Positions 49,744 to 62,643 of a stretch of DNA of 64,000 nucleotides are shown here, in pieces (positions within the stretch are counted from its first letter, which is position 1; each line of letters starts with the position of its first letter). The notes below the pieces were generated by a model that was not told where the DNA came from, did no database searches, and saw nothing but the letters and a program-made list of their open reading frames with translations. A program made the translations under genes and the position numbers. The stretch comes from Podarcis gaigeae (Eukaryota), in assembly GCA_964106915.2 (NCBI GenBank), contig OZ066918.1, one strand, 5' to 3'.

Positions 49744-52711
49744 GTTACATAGGTGTATCAGTATGGATACCGTATGGCACTATTTTAACACTACAATTTC
49801 TTGTGAAATGACATGGGAATGGGACCCACGAGACTGTGCAAATATTGTTGCCAAAAGGGGAAAGGAATTATACCCTAGAAACCTCAGCTTCTTGAAATCA
49901 TCAATTTTTCACTTCTTGATATAAGCAAAAACAAAAAACACCTCTGGAACACTAAAATGCTATTTTACTCATGAGTTGATGTTCAACAGAACATCCTTTT
50001 TCGCCAGTTGCAGAAATCTCTGCTGACTGCCAGTATAAAGGAAAATATTCACAGTACAGCAATGATAATGCCCTGAATTGCAGAAGCAACCTTTTGCTCC
50101 TGTATCACTCAAATAGTTGTATGCTCTAATTAACAGAAGCAATGTAGAAATATTGTGGGGTGAGGGGAGCATAATATATGTCAGGCAGAATGTAGGAAAA
50201 AGATCATCACTAAATAGCAGAATTAAAGTGGTGCACGCAGGAAACTTCCCTCATACCGAAGTTGCATTTTGATCCGAAAAAGTATTTCAACTTCCTTGTG
50301 TTAGCCTAGGTGATACTGAAGTCCCAGCTCACACAATGAAATATAGGTTCTGGGCTTCCTTACACAGCTGCCCACATGCCCTTGTGTATAGAATGATATG
50401 TGTAATCTTGGGAGTGTGCCCAGGCATCAGAATCATAACTTATCAGATTCCATAAAATCTATTTATCAGTTCAACCATGCAGTATAACAACAGCATTCAG
50501 TAAGACTTTTTATGACAAATGAAACCATCTATAAACTGAGCAAAGAACTTGTAGAAAATCATTATAGTATTTCACCATTGCAGCTTTGTTAGCCAATTAA
50601 GAGGCACACAAGCAGAAGCCATTACGCAGGGACTCTCACAATTCAAGCTCATATAGTTGGTGGTGAAAGCCAAGTTGGTACCCAGCGCTGATTTCCCTCA
50701 CAGCGTCTTGGGACTGAGGATACTGCAGGTCACGGTTTAAGCATGCCTGCCCAAGTCCTTGCACCAAGACAGTAGCAACCACACATACAACACAACACAG
50801 AGAGAGGGGGGGGCACCCCACTTAATTCAAGCACGTTCTTCACTTCTCAGCTGCCTGATAGTTATGTAGCATCCATATCCCTCTCCAGGAATTCTCTCTA
50901 GGACAACCTCCAGGTTATTATACATCTTTCAATATTGTCATCATGGCTTCCTCCATGACTCCTCTTAAAGCATATCTTCACAATAGTGTTGAAAGAGGGA
51001 ATTTGTGCAGGATAGTGTACAGTCACAACTTCAGCAAATCTGTCGTATTCCCCCAGCCCCCATTTTAATAGGATGGTGGAGAAATTAGATTCACTTCTTG
51101 TTCAAAGGTGAATTTTCATTTTTGATCACCTGTGCCAGTCTGCAAATGACCATTACTGTGAACCAAGGTACAGAAACAAAAGGAGTATGCTGTACTGGTT
51201 GTGCTTTATACTACCCCACTCAGGAGAACTTAGTACTGACTGGTCAAGAATGAATATTTTTCCGCTGAATTGGAACAAACGGCAATCCATGTGTGATTGT
51301 TGTTTGCTCTGGTTCACAAATACCCAAATAAACATTTATAAATACAGAAATCTGTAGAAGGGTTGTTTGTTGCATGAATGCATGAAATTATGTTATGTAT
51401 TCTACAGGTATTCTTCAAATCTTGCCCCCCCCAACAATTATATTGTAAGTGATATAACTGCACAGACGTCTACATTCAATAAATAACAAACTGCAAGACT
51501 CTGGATAAATATGTGTTGGCTGTATCATAGCTTTATGTCTGGTATACAGAAAATTCCATTAGAGGATGCTCGAGTTATTAAAACTACTTTGAAAAAAGGA
51601 AAATGAAGTATTTTAGTATTGTGTGGATTGTTCAATGCACTTATCAGAAGAAAGGCCCCATTACTGCTCTAATTATGACACTTTTGCATCTGCAAAACCA
51701 CCATGACATTTATGGGTCAGTTACATTGCACAGGGCTTTATTCCTCTATGCCCTTTTTTATAAACTTGTTCAAATTTCACCAACCAAAGCCTATTGTCCT
51801 TGGCCAATTTACAGTTCAACCTTGGTCTATTATTGCTCAACCTTGGAACTGTCAAATTCCAAGTTTCTGTCTAAAACTTCTGGAGAATTACAGCTGTTAG
51901 AAAGCAGAAATATCCCAGCTATTTATTTACAACGAGAAGACAGCACATTCATTGTTCTCTTGGTTTTTAAAAACAGCTGAACCATGCATTCTCTTCCCAA
52001 AGTTTAGTGGGTTCAGCTAGCAATACAACAGCATTATGGAGATCCCTGGATAGATATCAGTAGTCACTCCTAGGCCATTGTTAGAGAATGGCACAGCTTT
52101 CCCCATTTCCCCACATCATGTGTGCATGGAGTCACATTACATACATAGAGCACAAAGCCTTTCTCTCAAGGTTTCTCAACATGTCATGGCCCTAAGACCC
52201 TTAGACTGCAGTACTGCACAATCTTACTCTTCCCAAGCCAGAGGTGGAACCTTTTCTTGCAAAAGCTACAGTGTGGAACTTCTAGAGTGTGGAAGTGGAT
52301 GCTTGGGGGTGAGAAGGTGAGACAAGCTTGGTGTTGGAGAACAGAGCTCTGCCCTCCACTCCTTCAAGGAGCCTACCACTCTTCAGTGAGGTAGAAGATG
52401 CTGCCCCATTGCTAGTGTGGAAGCTAAACTGCTGCTCTAGAAGGTTCAATGTAGAATGGAAGGACACAATCCTGTCCTTTGCTTCAGGCAGCAAAACATC
52501 TTGGGACACCTCTGTGTGGCTACCATTAGGACTGTATACTTCCCTTCTCTTCAATGAGCAGATAAGACGAGATCAATGAGCAGAGAGGACTTACTTTCTC
52601 AGAAAGTTACACAAGTGTGTTGAAAAGCGGAATTCATGCATGATAGTGTGCAGTCATATGGCATACCTTCTTAGACCACAACTTGTCAGTAAGCTTTCCT
52701 GTGTAAGTAAA

Positions 52712-53059
52712 AAAGTAAAGTAAAGTAAAGGGACCCCTGACCATTAGGTCCAGTCGTGACCGACTCGGGGGTTGCGGCGCTCATCTCGCTTTATTGGCCG
52801 AGGGAGCCGGCGTACAGCTTCCAGGTCATGTGGCCAGCATGACTAAGCTGTTTCTGGTGAACCAGAGCAGCGCACAGAAACGCCATTTACCTTCCCGCTG
52901 GAGCGGTACCTATTTATCTACTTTCGCTTTGACGTGCTTTCGAACTGCTAGGCTGGCAGGAGCAGGGACTGAGCAACGGGAGCTCACCCTATCATGGGGA
53001 TTCAAACCGCCAACCTTCTGATCGCCAAGTCCTAGGCTCTGTGGTTTCACCCACAGCGC
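52712..53059 (-). mobile_element. Sauria SINE, near full length
   Basis: Colinear with 34062-34415; lacks the first ~10 nt of the head. Confidence 0.92.
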
Positions 53060-54459
53060 AATTTCAGATTCTCTTTTTCTCCCAATCTTATAGGAGAAAG
53101 TGGTGGATAAATTAGATTAAGTTCTTGTTTGAAGGTGAATTTACCCAATTTTCACTTTCTGATCATCAGTGCCTTTGAACCAAAGTGCAGAAACAAGAGG
53201 AGTGAGCTGTCCTGCCTGCCTCAAGGAGAACTCTACTGGCTGGTCAAGAATTCATGGTCCATATATAGCAATGACCATGCCATCATTTTCATGACAGCAG
53301 CTATTGATACCATGTTCCAAATAATGGTTTGCATTCAACAAAGCGCTAGGGAGATTGCTCCTTCTTCACAAGCATTTCTGCTTGCCCAACAGAACAATAT
53401 TCCCTCTTTTCCCCACTGTGCTGTTCTGGGGTTTCTACAGTCCCTCCAGAGACCTTTTTTTTGGGGGGGGGAGTCCCATTTCACTAGCAGGAATCATAGC
53501 TCTAGCTTCCACTAGCAAAGTGATTTAGTTGAATGGCGTGAGTTGACCACAGCATGACAATATCCTTCAGAACCACCTTTGAGATCTTCAGATGAAGGGC
53601 ATTAGACTGATATCACCATTATAATCATCATCATCCAACCATCCATCCCGGGCCCTAGAGAGCTATATCTATATCCTGTATATCTAAAGTAGCAGCAAAA
53701 TTGGGCCAATGTATTTTCTACCACAAAAAGAAAATATTTTAACTGTCATCTCACATAGCTCAAAATTAACTTGTATGCAAGCTATGGGAAGAATGAAATC
53801 TGCTGAACTTAAACCTCATTTTGTAAAAATGTTTGTACTTGCTTCGAAGGAAAATTCCTATGGTACATTGTCTTATACATAACGTTTCAATAAAAATCAC
53901 ACCTCCTAAAGAATTCAGTTACTGACTTTGTAGGGAAAGAGATAAATATTCAGAAGATACTGCTTGCTGCCAAGCAATCTAATATCCTACAGTTCTTTTT
54001 CACACTTTGATGTTGGTAAGCAAATCATTTGTACTTAGCTTTACACATAGATCTCAACAGATAATATCTTCCACATCAATGAAGAAATACTCGGAAGGAA
54101 TATACTGCAGATTAAAGATGGGCTATTGTTTTCTTAAAGTAAATTATTGGAGGGGGGAGAAGATGAGCTAATGTAGGACTGAATACCATTAAACCATTTC
54201 TCCTCAAGGCATATCCTTGGTACTTCAGAATTAATGGACCATGAACTGAACATCAGACAGTCTAGGGTTTTTTTTGCACGTTCACAAATGTGGGTATACT
54301 GCATGGATACCGGGCCAGCAAGGTCACATGCCTGCTCATTCCCTGCATGACCTCACTGAAAGTGATTCTACTTGGGGAAAAGGAGGGGGAAGATGTATGC
54401 TCACCTTCTATCTCTCCGCCTTTCCTCTTCTCTTTTCACCCCATCCCCTCCATGCAACA

Positions 54460-54512
54460 ATTTTGCTTGGGGGAGGGAGTCCCATTTTGCTTGGGGGAGG
54501 GAGTCCCATTTT
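54460..54512. repeat. Perfect 24-bp tandem duplication
   Basis: attttgcttgggggagggagtccc twice, followed by atttt. Confidence 0.92.
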
Positions 54513-56279
54513 ACAAAATGGGGACAGTTGTCAAGAGTAGGAACATGGCAATCTGACTTAAACTGAGCTCCATCTAGCTTGGTACTGCCTACGCTGACTG
54601 GCAGCAGCTCTCCACAAAACCGGCAAGTGGAAGCCCCATGAAAGGACTTTCACCTGTGCAATGTGGCCAGGCAGGTGAAAGCATGTGTTTGGTTGTCTTT
54701 GCAGAGGGATTTCTGCCACCTGCGTTCTAGGCATCACCCAACTTGTTACACCATAGCACTCCACAGTGGCCAGAGAGGGCACTCCAGAGTTCTCACTGTT
54801 CAATAGTGAGATGAGGGTCTTGGCAGGATTGTCAGTTCTATCCACCAGAAAATCCCCCCGAGCAATCAGCAATCCATTGGAGTCCATAAATCTTCAGGGC
54901 AGACCATCCAATGGAACCTACATTCCTACAAGGGGAAGTTGGAATGAGGTCACAGAAACCCTCCCTATTTCAAAGCCATCAGTCTTGTCATCGGGGGTAA
55001 AAACCAAACCAAGGATACATCCACCAAGGTCACATCATATGTTTAAAGCACACAAAGAACCCAAGGAACTGTAGTTTGTTAAGGGTGCTGGAAATAGCAG
55101 CTCTGAGAGGAGGGAATGACAGTTCCCAGGATTCTTCAGTGGGAAGCCATGTGCTTTAAATGTGGACTGTGGATGTGACCCACGACAGACCACCGGTCTT
55201 AGCTTAGTACTGTCCACACAGCCTGGCAGTGTCTCTCCAGGTTTTCATACCTTCATAGCCTTACCTGGAAATGCCAGGGGGTCTTCTGCATGCAAAACAG
55301 CTGCTCTACCACATTTCTGCAAGCAACCCTTGGGCAGCATCCTACCACAAAGCGCCTGACCAGCCAGAACCTGGTCCAATTTAACCCCCATTCCACACCA
55401 CCAATTTAAGTCCCATTCCATACCACAGGATCTTTCCCATTCCTGAAACACCCACTAGCCTGAATTTCAAACATGTTCCTGGAATACAGAATCTTGATCC
55501 TTTTCTCCTGACTTCCCACCTACAAAAAGGAATGAAAACTTCAGGCAAAAGTAGAAGGAAAGCTCAGGGCACACCAAGACTTCCTAGAGGCCAGACACAT
55601 CCTGGTAGACAAATTCCTGCTTCCACCCTACTCACGGTGGTCCCTTTAATGTCTAATTGCATATAATTAGAACAGAATAGGAGTCTATGGGAAGTGCAGG
55701 GGAATTCCACGGGACCCAATGAGCAGTACACTCAGCATTATTATTTCAATAAATACTAATGAGCTCACAGTCATGCATACAGTTCCAAACATACAATTAC
55801 TAGTTGCTATAGCGAGCTCACTTCTAATTACACCGTCTCTTTAACTGGCTCCTGCCAATTTGTGTTTGTATCAGTTGGCAGGTCCGACAATTTAGCTCTA
55901 TTTTGAGTGGTAACTGATGCAATTATTGGCATTTTATTGGGGAGGAAAAGGTCAGAAATGCAGATTGCCGCAGCCCTGTCCTTTTCGTTGGAGGGCCAGC
56001 GATGCAGCCATTCAGTCGCAGGCAATTTCTAGATACAAGGGGTGAAATTACTGTGTCAATATTTTCAGCTCCGGGGAAAGCTGTATATTTTTCTGACCAA
56101 TTAGCATGTTTATAGATGCCGTATAATTATATCTCTGTAACTTAAGTGAAAATCGATGTTCACGCATCACAAGAGAGGTTATCGAGCAGCATGTGTGACA
56201 CTTGGCCTCAGAACAAACAGTTCATCCAGAAACAGCGCTGCAAAAGTTTGGACGCCTCAAAAAAAACCTGCCTGCAATG

Positions 56280-57041
56280 CAGGGGGGTCTAACCTGTGGC
56301 CCACTGGCTGCATACAGACCCCATGTGGATTTCATGCACCCCAAGACTCCCCATTTTTATTTTTTTATGTAAAAGAATATACTACTCCTATAGGTCCTTT
56401 GCTGTGTTTTCATTCCATAAAAAGTTTATTTCTGCCCCAAGATGCCCCAAAATTAAATTAAAAACACATTAAATTCTTATTTAATAAACTTTTTTAAAAG
56501 ACTGTTCTCATAGATTCCTCACTGTGATACTGTGAGGACAAAAAAATGTTGTCCAAGCCTCTCACCACAAAGGTGTCCACTTTTAAAAAGTTTTAAAATA
56601 AAATCATTAACACATTGTATTTTTAATTGCTGACTGTTCCCACAGGTATGCCACTGAGATAATGTAATGTCAGACAGTTTTGTGGCCTCCCCAAGGTCCC
56701 ACAAGACCTTGCCTATTTTAAATAGTCTAACCCCCTCCTTCTGTAATCCTCATAGCACTCTAACCCAATTGTTGCCATTAATTTGATTTTGAATTGATTT
56801 TAGAATGAATTGATTTTAGAATGTATTTCAATTAATTGATTGTGATTTTATGTAAACTGTGTTAATTTTACTGCTGTTAGCCACTCTGAGCCTGGCTTCA
56901 GCTGGGGAGGGTGGGATATTAATAAAAGAATTATTATTATTATTATATTACTATTATTATTAAATTTATATCTAATAACACTTGCTTCCCTGACCACTTA
57001 CATGTGGCTGTGATTCAGTGATTCAGCCAAAAGGTTTTCAT

Positions 57042-57097
<56 letters not shown>

Positions 57098-57171
57098 TCC
57101 CCAAATGTGTCCAGAGAGCATTGGCAATGGCTTACTGTGGCCCTCAACCTGAAAAAAGTTAACTATTCCTG
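56280..57171. mobile_element. Old hAT-like element containing an L2-type 3' tail (~56705-56962) and (AG)n (57049-57094)
   Basis: caggggggtctaac...gttaactattcctg ends; weak 8-bp flank match ctgcaatg/ctcaaata. Confidence 0.5.
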
Positions 57172-58571
57172 CTCAAATAAGTACAAATGGGAATAGGAGG
57201 AAAAGATGGAAAATTGATGATGGGGAAGGGGAGGGGAGGGAGGGGAGGGAGGAATAAATACAAAAGAAGCTTGTGGGCATCTTCAAGAGCAACAAGGGGT
57301 GTGGATTTGTTTGCACAATATCCATACATCATCCTCATCAAAATGCCATCCCATATTTTTCTCATTTAATCCAGATTTATTTTCTGCAAAAAAAGGAGGG
57401 ATTATTTAGTCATCAATCCAGATAAATTTTAAAAAACGGGAAAGCATTTTAAAAAATAAGGATAATGTCATCAGGATGCAGTGCAAAACTTGTATGCACA
57501 AGCAGCGCTAGGTCCACAATAAACTGCTGCGTGGAAGCACCCAAAAAGTATTGTGTCATCTGCTTTTAACATGTGGAGCAACATGGTCCTCGTTTGCTTT
57601 TTATATATATATGGCCCTAGCAAGCAAAACAAAAATAGACATTTTAAAAGGGACATTAACGGGAGAGAAACCACAGCTCCTCCTTTGGAGTCAGGTGTGC
57701 CTCAGCTTCCTTGGAGAAGGGAGTCAAATGTTGTTATGTCAACTCCTGGTAGGCAGCATTTATCTCCCATCACACTAATGATGTAGATAATTAAGCACAG
57801 TTTTATGTAACAAGGAACATCTGCCGATGGAAGAAAAAAAAGAAAGATCTCAACAAGCCAGAATGTGGGCTGTGTCTGAATGGTTTTGTCCCCCTCATTA
57901 ATAACAGCAGTCATTGTAAGGTATCCTTGTTTTGATCATTTAGCCCATTTGTACTATGTTGCTTTAAATGTACACATTTATACAATGTTGGTGAATAAAA
58001 TCTTTCCAGTATATGATTTGACAAATTATCATAATCAAAATGGTCTCTTTTCCCCATCAATGCCCAGAAAGCAGCAGACTGGAATACCTTAATATTTTCT
58101 TGGTTGCAGGACTCTTATCCAACTGCATTTTTTTTTTTTGAGGGGCCTCCTTCACGATATTCTACAGTACTCCATCTCCTCTCCCTGCCTTGCAGATGCA
58201 CAAAGTAAAAATAAAACCCAGTAACTAGTCTTTCTTTTTTTAAGGTAATGTTTGTATGAATTACTTTCAAGTGGGACTTGGAACAAAATGCTGCAAATCG
58301 TGGAGAGCACCTGCCTATTAATCCAGTGAGTCAGCCATGCTCTTCTCCAGTAACCTTCATTCCATTGCTTTCTCCCACTTAGTTTCCTATTCCCCATCAC
58401 AAAACGTTGATCAGTGTTCCATGGATAATAACCACCCAGTCTTCAGTGGGTTGTTTGCGAGGGGGAGGGTACCTCCTTAAATCTTGAACACCTGTCTACT
58501 AATCCCCTCCCCTCTGGTGAATCAGCAGTATTATTATTATTAATTAAAGATTTTCTTGGGCTGCAAAAGAA

Positions 58572-58824
58572 GCCAGTGTGGTGTAGTGGTTAAGAGCGGT
58601 AGACTCGTAATCTGGGGAACCAGGTTTGTGTCTCCACTCCTCCACATGCAGCTGCTGGGTGACCTTGGGCCAGTCACACTTCTTTAAAGTCTTCTCAGCC
58701 CCACTCACCTCACAGAGTGTTTGTTGTGGGGGAGAAAGAGAAAGGAGAATGTTAGTCGCTTTGAAACTCCTTCGGGTAGTGATAAAGCAGGATATCAAAT
58801 GCAAACTCTTCCTCCTCTTCTTCT
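58572..58824 (+). mobile_element. tRNA-derived SINE with CORE-like middle and L2-type tail
   Basis: Head gccagtgtggtgtagtggttaagagc (A box); tgggtgaccttgggccagtcac CORE-like block; (CTT)n-like tail. Confidence 0.8.
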
Positions 58825-58897
58825 ACAGACATCGTCTCTATTTTCAGATCATAAAGTCCTTTCTACAGATCAGTTATATTCCATTAATGTTGTATAC

Positions 58898-59082
58898 CAG
58901 TGGTTCCCAATTGGTGGTCTGCAGACCCCAGAGGATCCACATAATTCACTCAGAGGGTCCATGGCACCATTCACATAACAAAAACTTCAATAGAGATACC
59001 TACATTTTCAAAAATAAGAGATTCATGGCTTGGCTTCTGAAAACCAGGGGCCCTGTAGTAGTTAGCTAACTGGGAACCACTG
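58898..59082. mobile_element. hAT MITE (sister of 36816-36997)
   Basis: TIR cagtggttccca/tgggaaccactg; degenerate TSD ttgtatac/ttgtttgc. Confidence 0.82.
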
Positions 59083-59618
59083 TTGTTTGCAGTATAAGGG
59101 AGGGGGGAAGAGGAGGGTAGCAAACCTGCATTCTTTGACACCATGCATGTGCAAGGTTCTTGTGACTACATAAGCATTGTCACGTCTTCATCATTACTTC
59201 TTCACACATTGCAGAGATAAATGTTGGAATGCACTCCCATAACTTGGGTGGCTTTAAAGAAGGATTCCACAAATTCATGGGGGGTAAAGTTATCAATGGC
59301 TGCTAACCCTGATGGATATGTTCTTCCTCCACTGTCAGAGGCAATATGCTGATGAATCCTATGAAGAGCTAATGACCCATCTACTTCAGCATCCTGTTCA
59401 CACAGTGGCTAACCAGATCCCTGGAGGAAACCCTCAAGCACCTCTTGCAGCTCCCAACAACTGGTGTTCAGAAGCATACTATGGCGGCAGGGCAGGGCCA
59501 TCATGGTCATCGGCCATGCTGGCTGAGGCTTCTGGGAGTTGTAGTCCAAAACATCAGAAGGGCACCAGCTTGGAAAAGACTGCCCTGGAAGATGCTTATT
59601 CATGTCAGCACTCTTGTT

Positions 59619-59918
59619 AAGGCCCCATCTGCACTATACATTTAAATCAGTATCACACCACTTTAAACAGTCTTGGCTTCCTTCCCCCAAAAATCCTGGT
59701 GTCATTTGTTAAGTGTGCTGAGAGTTGCTATCCCAATTCTCCTCACAGCAGCTACAGTTCCCCGAGATCCCTGGGAAGAGGAGTTGACTGATACAGCACC
59801 CTGATAACTGTAGTTCTGTGAGGGGAATAGGTGTCTCCTAACAACTCTCAGCACTCTTAGCAAACTACACTTCCCAGGATTCTGTAGGTGAAGCCATGAC
59901 TCTTTAAAATGGTGTGAT
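59619..59918. mobile_element. Old imperfect-palindrome MITE
   Basis: Arms caccactttaaacagtcttggcttc / gaagccatgactctttaaaatggtg; related fragments at ~1115-1270, ~13475-13655 and ~55035-55170. Confidence 0.6.
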
Positions 59919-60494
59919 GGTGGCGCCTAAGAAACATTGTTCAAGAGCTGCTACAGCACTGCGGCTGACAGTAATGAACTGGGAACCAGGAAATCACTCC
60001 ATTCAAACATCACCTCATCCGTCTATTATATATTCTCTGATGTTTGGAGAGGTTTGGAGAATAAGTTTTGAAAGTGAACAAAATCATGCTTTAACGAAGT
60101 ATATAGAAAATAGAACTTTTCTTCAGTCTTTGTAATGCACTTTTCATTTTATCTGCCTGCCATGGTTGCTGAGTTATATGGAGAACATTTACCTTGCTTG
60201 AATGGAAAACCTTATCGGCAGCTGCAATATGGCTATATTTTTGTTGTTGCAGTTAGACAAAAACAACAATAAAAAAACCACCCCTACTCTAAGGACAGCT
60301 TCTCTCATATAAATACCCCAATACATGTTTAACTCACTGGCTATGGAAAGTTATGTGAACATAAAAATCACTACGTTTTCTTCAAAATACATAGAAGCAG
60401 GGTATATCCCTGTCCACTGCTTTCATATATGTGAAAATATACGCAGTAGCAAAGAGTGCGCAGTGAGCCACCTCTCCTCACCTGACCTGCAGTC

Positions 60495-60943
60495 TGTCAG
60501 TTGTTGCTGCTTCCCAGGAGGTCTATCACGGTCCGGTTCATGAGTGACTTAAGTCCTGGCTGGGGACGTCGCGATGGGGGGCAAGATGGCAGGGTGGGAG
60601 CAGGAACGGGAGTCCAGAAACCAGGAGTCAGGAAGCCAAGAGTCTGAGGGTCAGAGAGCCGGGAGTCAAGAAGCCAAGGGTCCGAGGATCAGGAAGCAAG
60701 GAGCCACAAAGTCAGGGGTTTGAGGCTCAAGAAGCAAGGAGCGAAATACAGCAAGGCAGGGAATGTGTTGCTGTGGCAAAGAGCAAGGAAATGCTGACCT
60801 TATATTCCTTCTGGCTCTTGCCACCAAGTGCTGTGAGTTACCAATCGGCCTCACCTGTGCGGCCACGGAACAAACTTAGGAACGCCCCAGTCCTGCAGAG
60901 TCCTACTGGTCACAGGGCCTAGCTCCTGCACGCACTCCTGACA
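60495..60943 (-). mobile_element. Probable solo LTR (449 bp) with internal tandem units
   Basis: tgtcag...ctgaca ends; 4-bp flanks agtc/agtt; repeated g(a)gtc(a)ggaagc(c)aag units; CpG retained; orientation tentative. Confidence 0.65.
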
Positions 60944-62414
60944 AGTTCAATGGCAAGAGGCAAGGTGGTGGTGAGGGCAGTGTGGTGCAGACACACTCTT
61001 GGAGACAATGCACTGTATTGGCACCACCCTAACTTTACAGCCACTTTGCCTCTCCCTTGATACCTCCTGATAAGTGACAGCAACTGGAGGTCAGGTGAGT
61101 GATGAGATGCAGATTGACCAGTTTATCACACATCTGCAGCAGATATGAGAGGAAAGCCTTCTTGCCTGACACCAGTAATGAAGACACTAAATGTGTTTAA
61201 ATGGTTAACAACTTTATTTAAGGAGGGTAATTAAATTCTGGTTTCGTGAAGGTATATCTGAGGAGGGGAAAAAATACCACAACTACCCAGATTGGCAACA
61301 CCACTCAGGCCCCGCAACGGTAGCATTGTTAGTCATGTGAGTGAACTGAGGAGATCCTATTAATCCATCTCACCACCACCACCACTGGTCAGCCTTCAGC
61401 AAGACAAAGCCACCAGATCCAAAGTCACAGATGAACATTCAGTTCCCTTAATATCAGTTCAAACAACATATATCCCCCCCCCCCAAATGAAACCAGTTCA
61501 TACATTTAGCTGGAAATTCTAAACTAACGATTAATGCACATGCATGGGTGAACTAGCTCCAAGTTTCAGTTAAATGAGCAGAAAATTCTGTTCACATTAT
61601 GAATGTTTTTGGGGGGGTGGGGGACTTAGTTACAGTAGGCTGTGAAATTGTTTCTTTTTTTCCTTTGTACACACTTTTCAGTACTATTAATTGCTGGAGT
61701 TTAAATTGTCTCAGTTTGGCCAAACTACTAAGAGTAATTTTTACTGTCTTGTTGGGCTTCTATAATCACTGCGTGTCTGTGGCTTGCTAATTAAAGAAAA
61801 CACTTTTTGTTAGAGAGATGAATTCTGTAAGAATGAAAGACTATTTTTGTTCTGAGGCAGGAGCCGTTTCCCTTCCAGCAAAGTATTTGTAATACATGGA
61901 GAGTAATTATTTTTAAACTACATGTGTCACAGTGAGATCTATGCCAAGTTCATGTCTCTTGTAGAAATCAGTATCTAGACCTGTATCCTATGGACAGATT
62001 ACAGTTTCTCTTTCTTTTAGATAAAGGAAAACATGCATTCACATTAACACTTGTGGGACTGAATTAAGTTTCCATTGTCTAAACAGCAAATCATTCCCTA
62101 TCAGTCTTTTATTTTGGTTACGTTCAATGACTAAACATCATCATCCTTTTGTAAGTCTCCTGTGTCTGCCTAGTGATTCTTCCTTCTTTATGCTACTGTG
62201 GACCAGCTCTGCAGCAGCCATCAGAATATAGTCTCCCTCAAATACATTGATAGTGCTAGAGGACCCCATTCTGGAAGCACCATAAGCCTGTCATTCTTAA
62301 ATGTCAGTGGGGCACTCAGGTGGAGCTGAAACTAATGTAAAAAAATTAGGGTAAATGTATCCAAATATTTAATTAAACAAAATGGAGGGCTAAAATACAC
62401 ACACACAGGGAGTA

Positions 62415-62643
62415 CAGTGGTACCTCGGGTTAAGAACTTAATTCGTTCCGGAGGTCCGTTCTTAACCTGAAACTGTTCTTAACCTGAAGCACCACTTTAG
62501 CTAATGGGGCCTCCGCTGCCGCCTCACCACCGCTGCGTGATTTCTGTTCTCATCCTGAAGCAAAGTTCTTAACCCAAGGTTCTGGGTTAGCGGTAACCTG
62601 AAGCGTCTGTAACCTGAAGCATCTGTAACCTGAGGTACCACTG
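62415..62643. mobile_element. Tc1/mariner-superfamily MITE, copy 3
   Basis: cagtggtacctc...gaggtaccactg with TA flanks; colinear with 5834-6059. Confidence 0.92.

Noticed and set aside
37318-52400. miRNA-like starts (tttggtcccc ~37318, tatggcttttt ~40576, taatactgc ~43842, tgaggtag ~52387)
   Set aside because: Only 8-11 nt match; the remainder diverges from miR-133, miR-135, miR-200 and let-7, and I saw no precursor hairpin
58272-58325. 54-nt in-frame plus-strand exon candidate (WDLEQNAANRGEHLPINP|gtgagt)
   Set aside because: Weak acceptor and unrecognised peptide; such matches are expected by chance in 64 kb
58572-58645. tRNA gene
   Set aside because: tRNA-like head of a SINE that continues into CORE-like and tail sequence; the same applies to ~19130 and 39277
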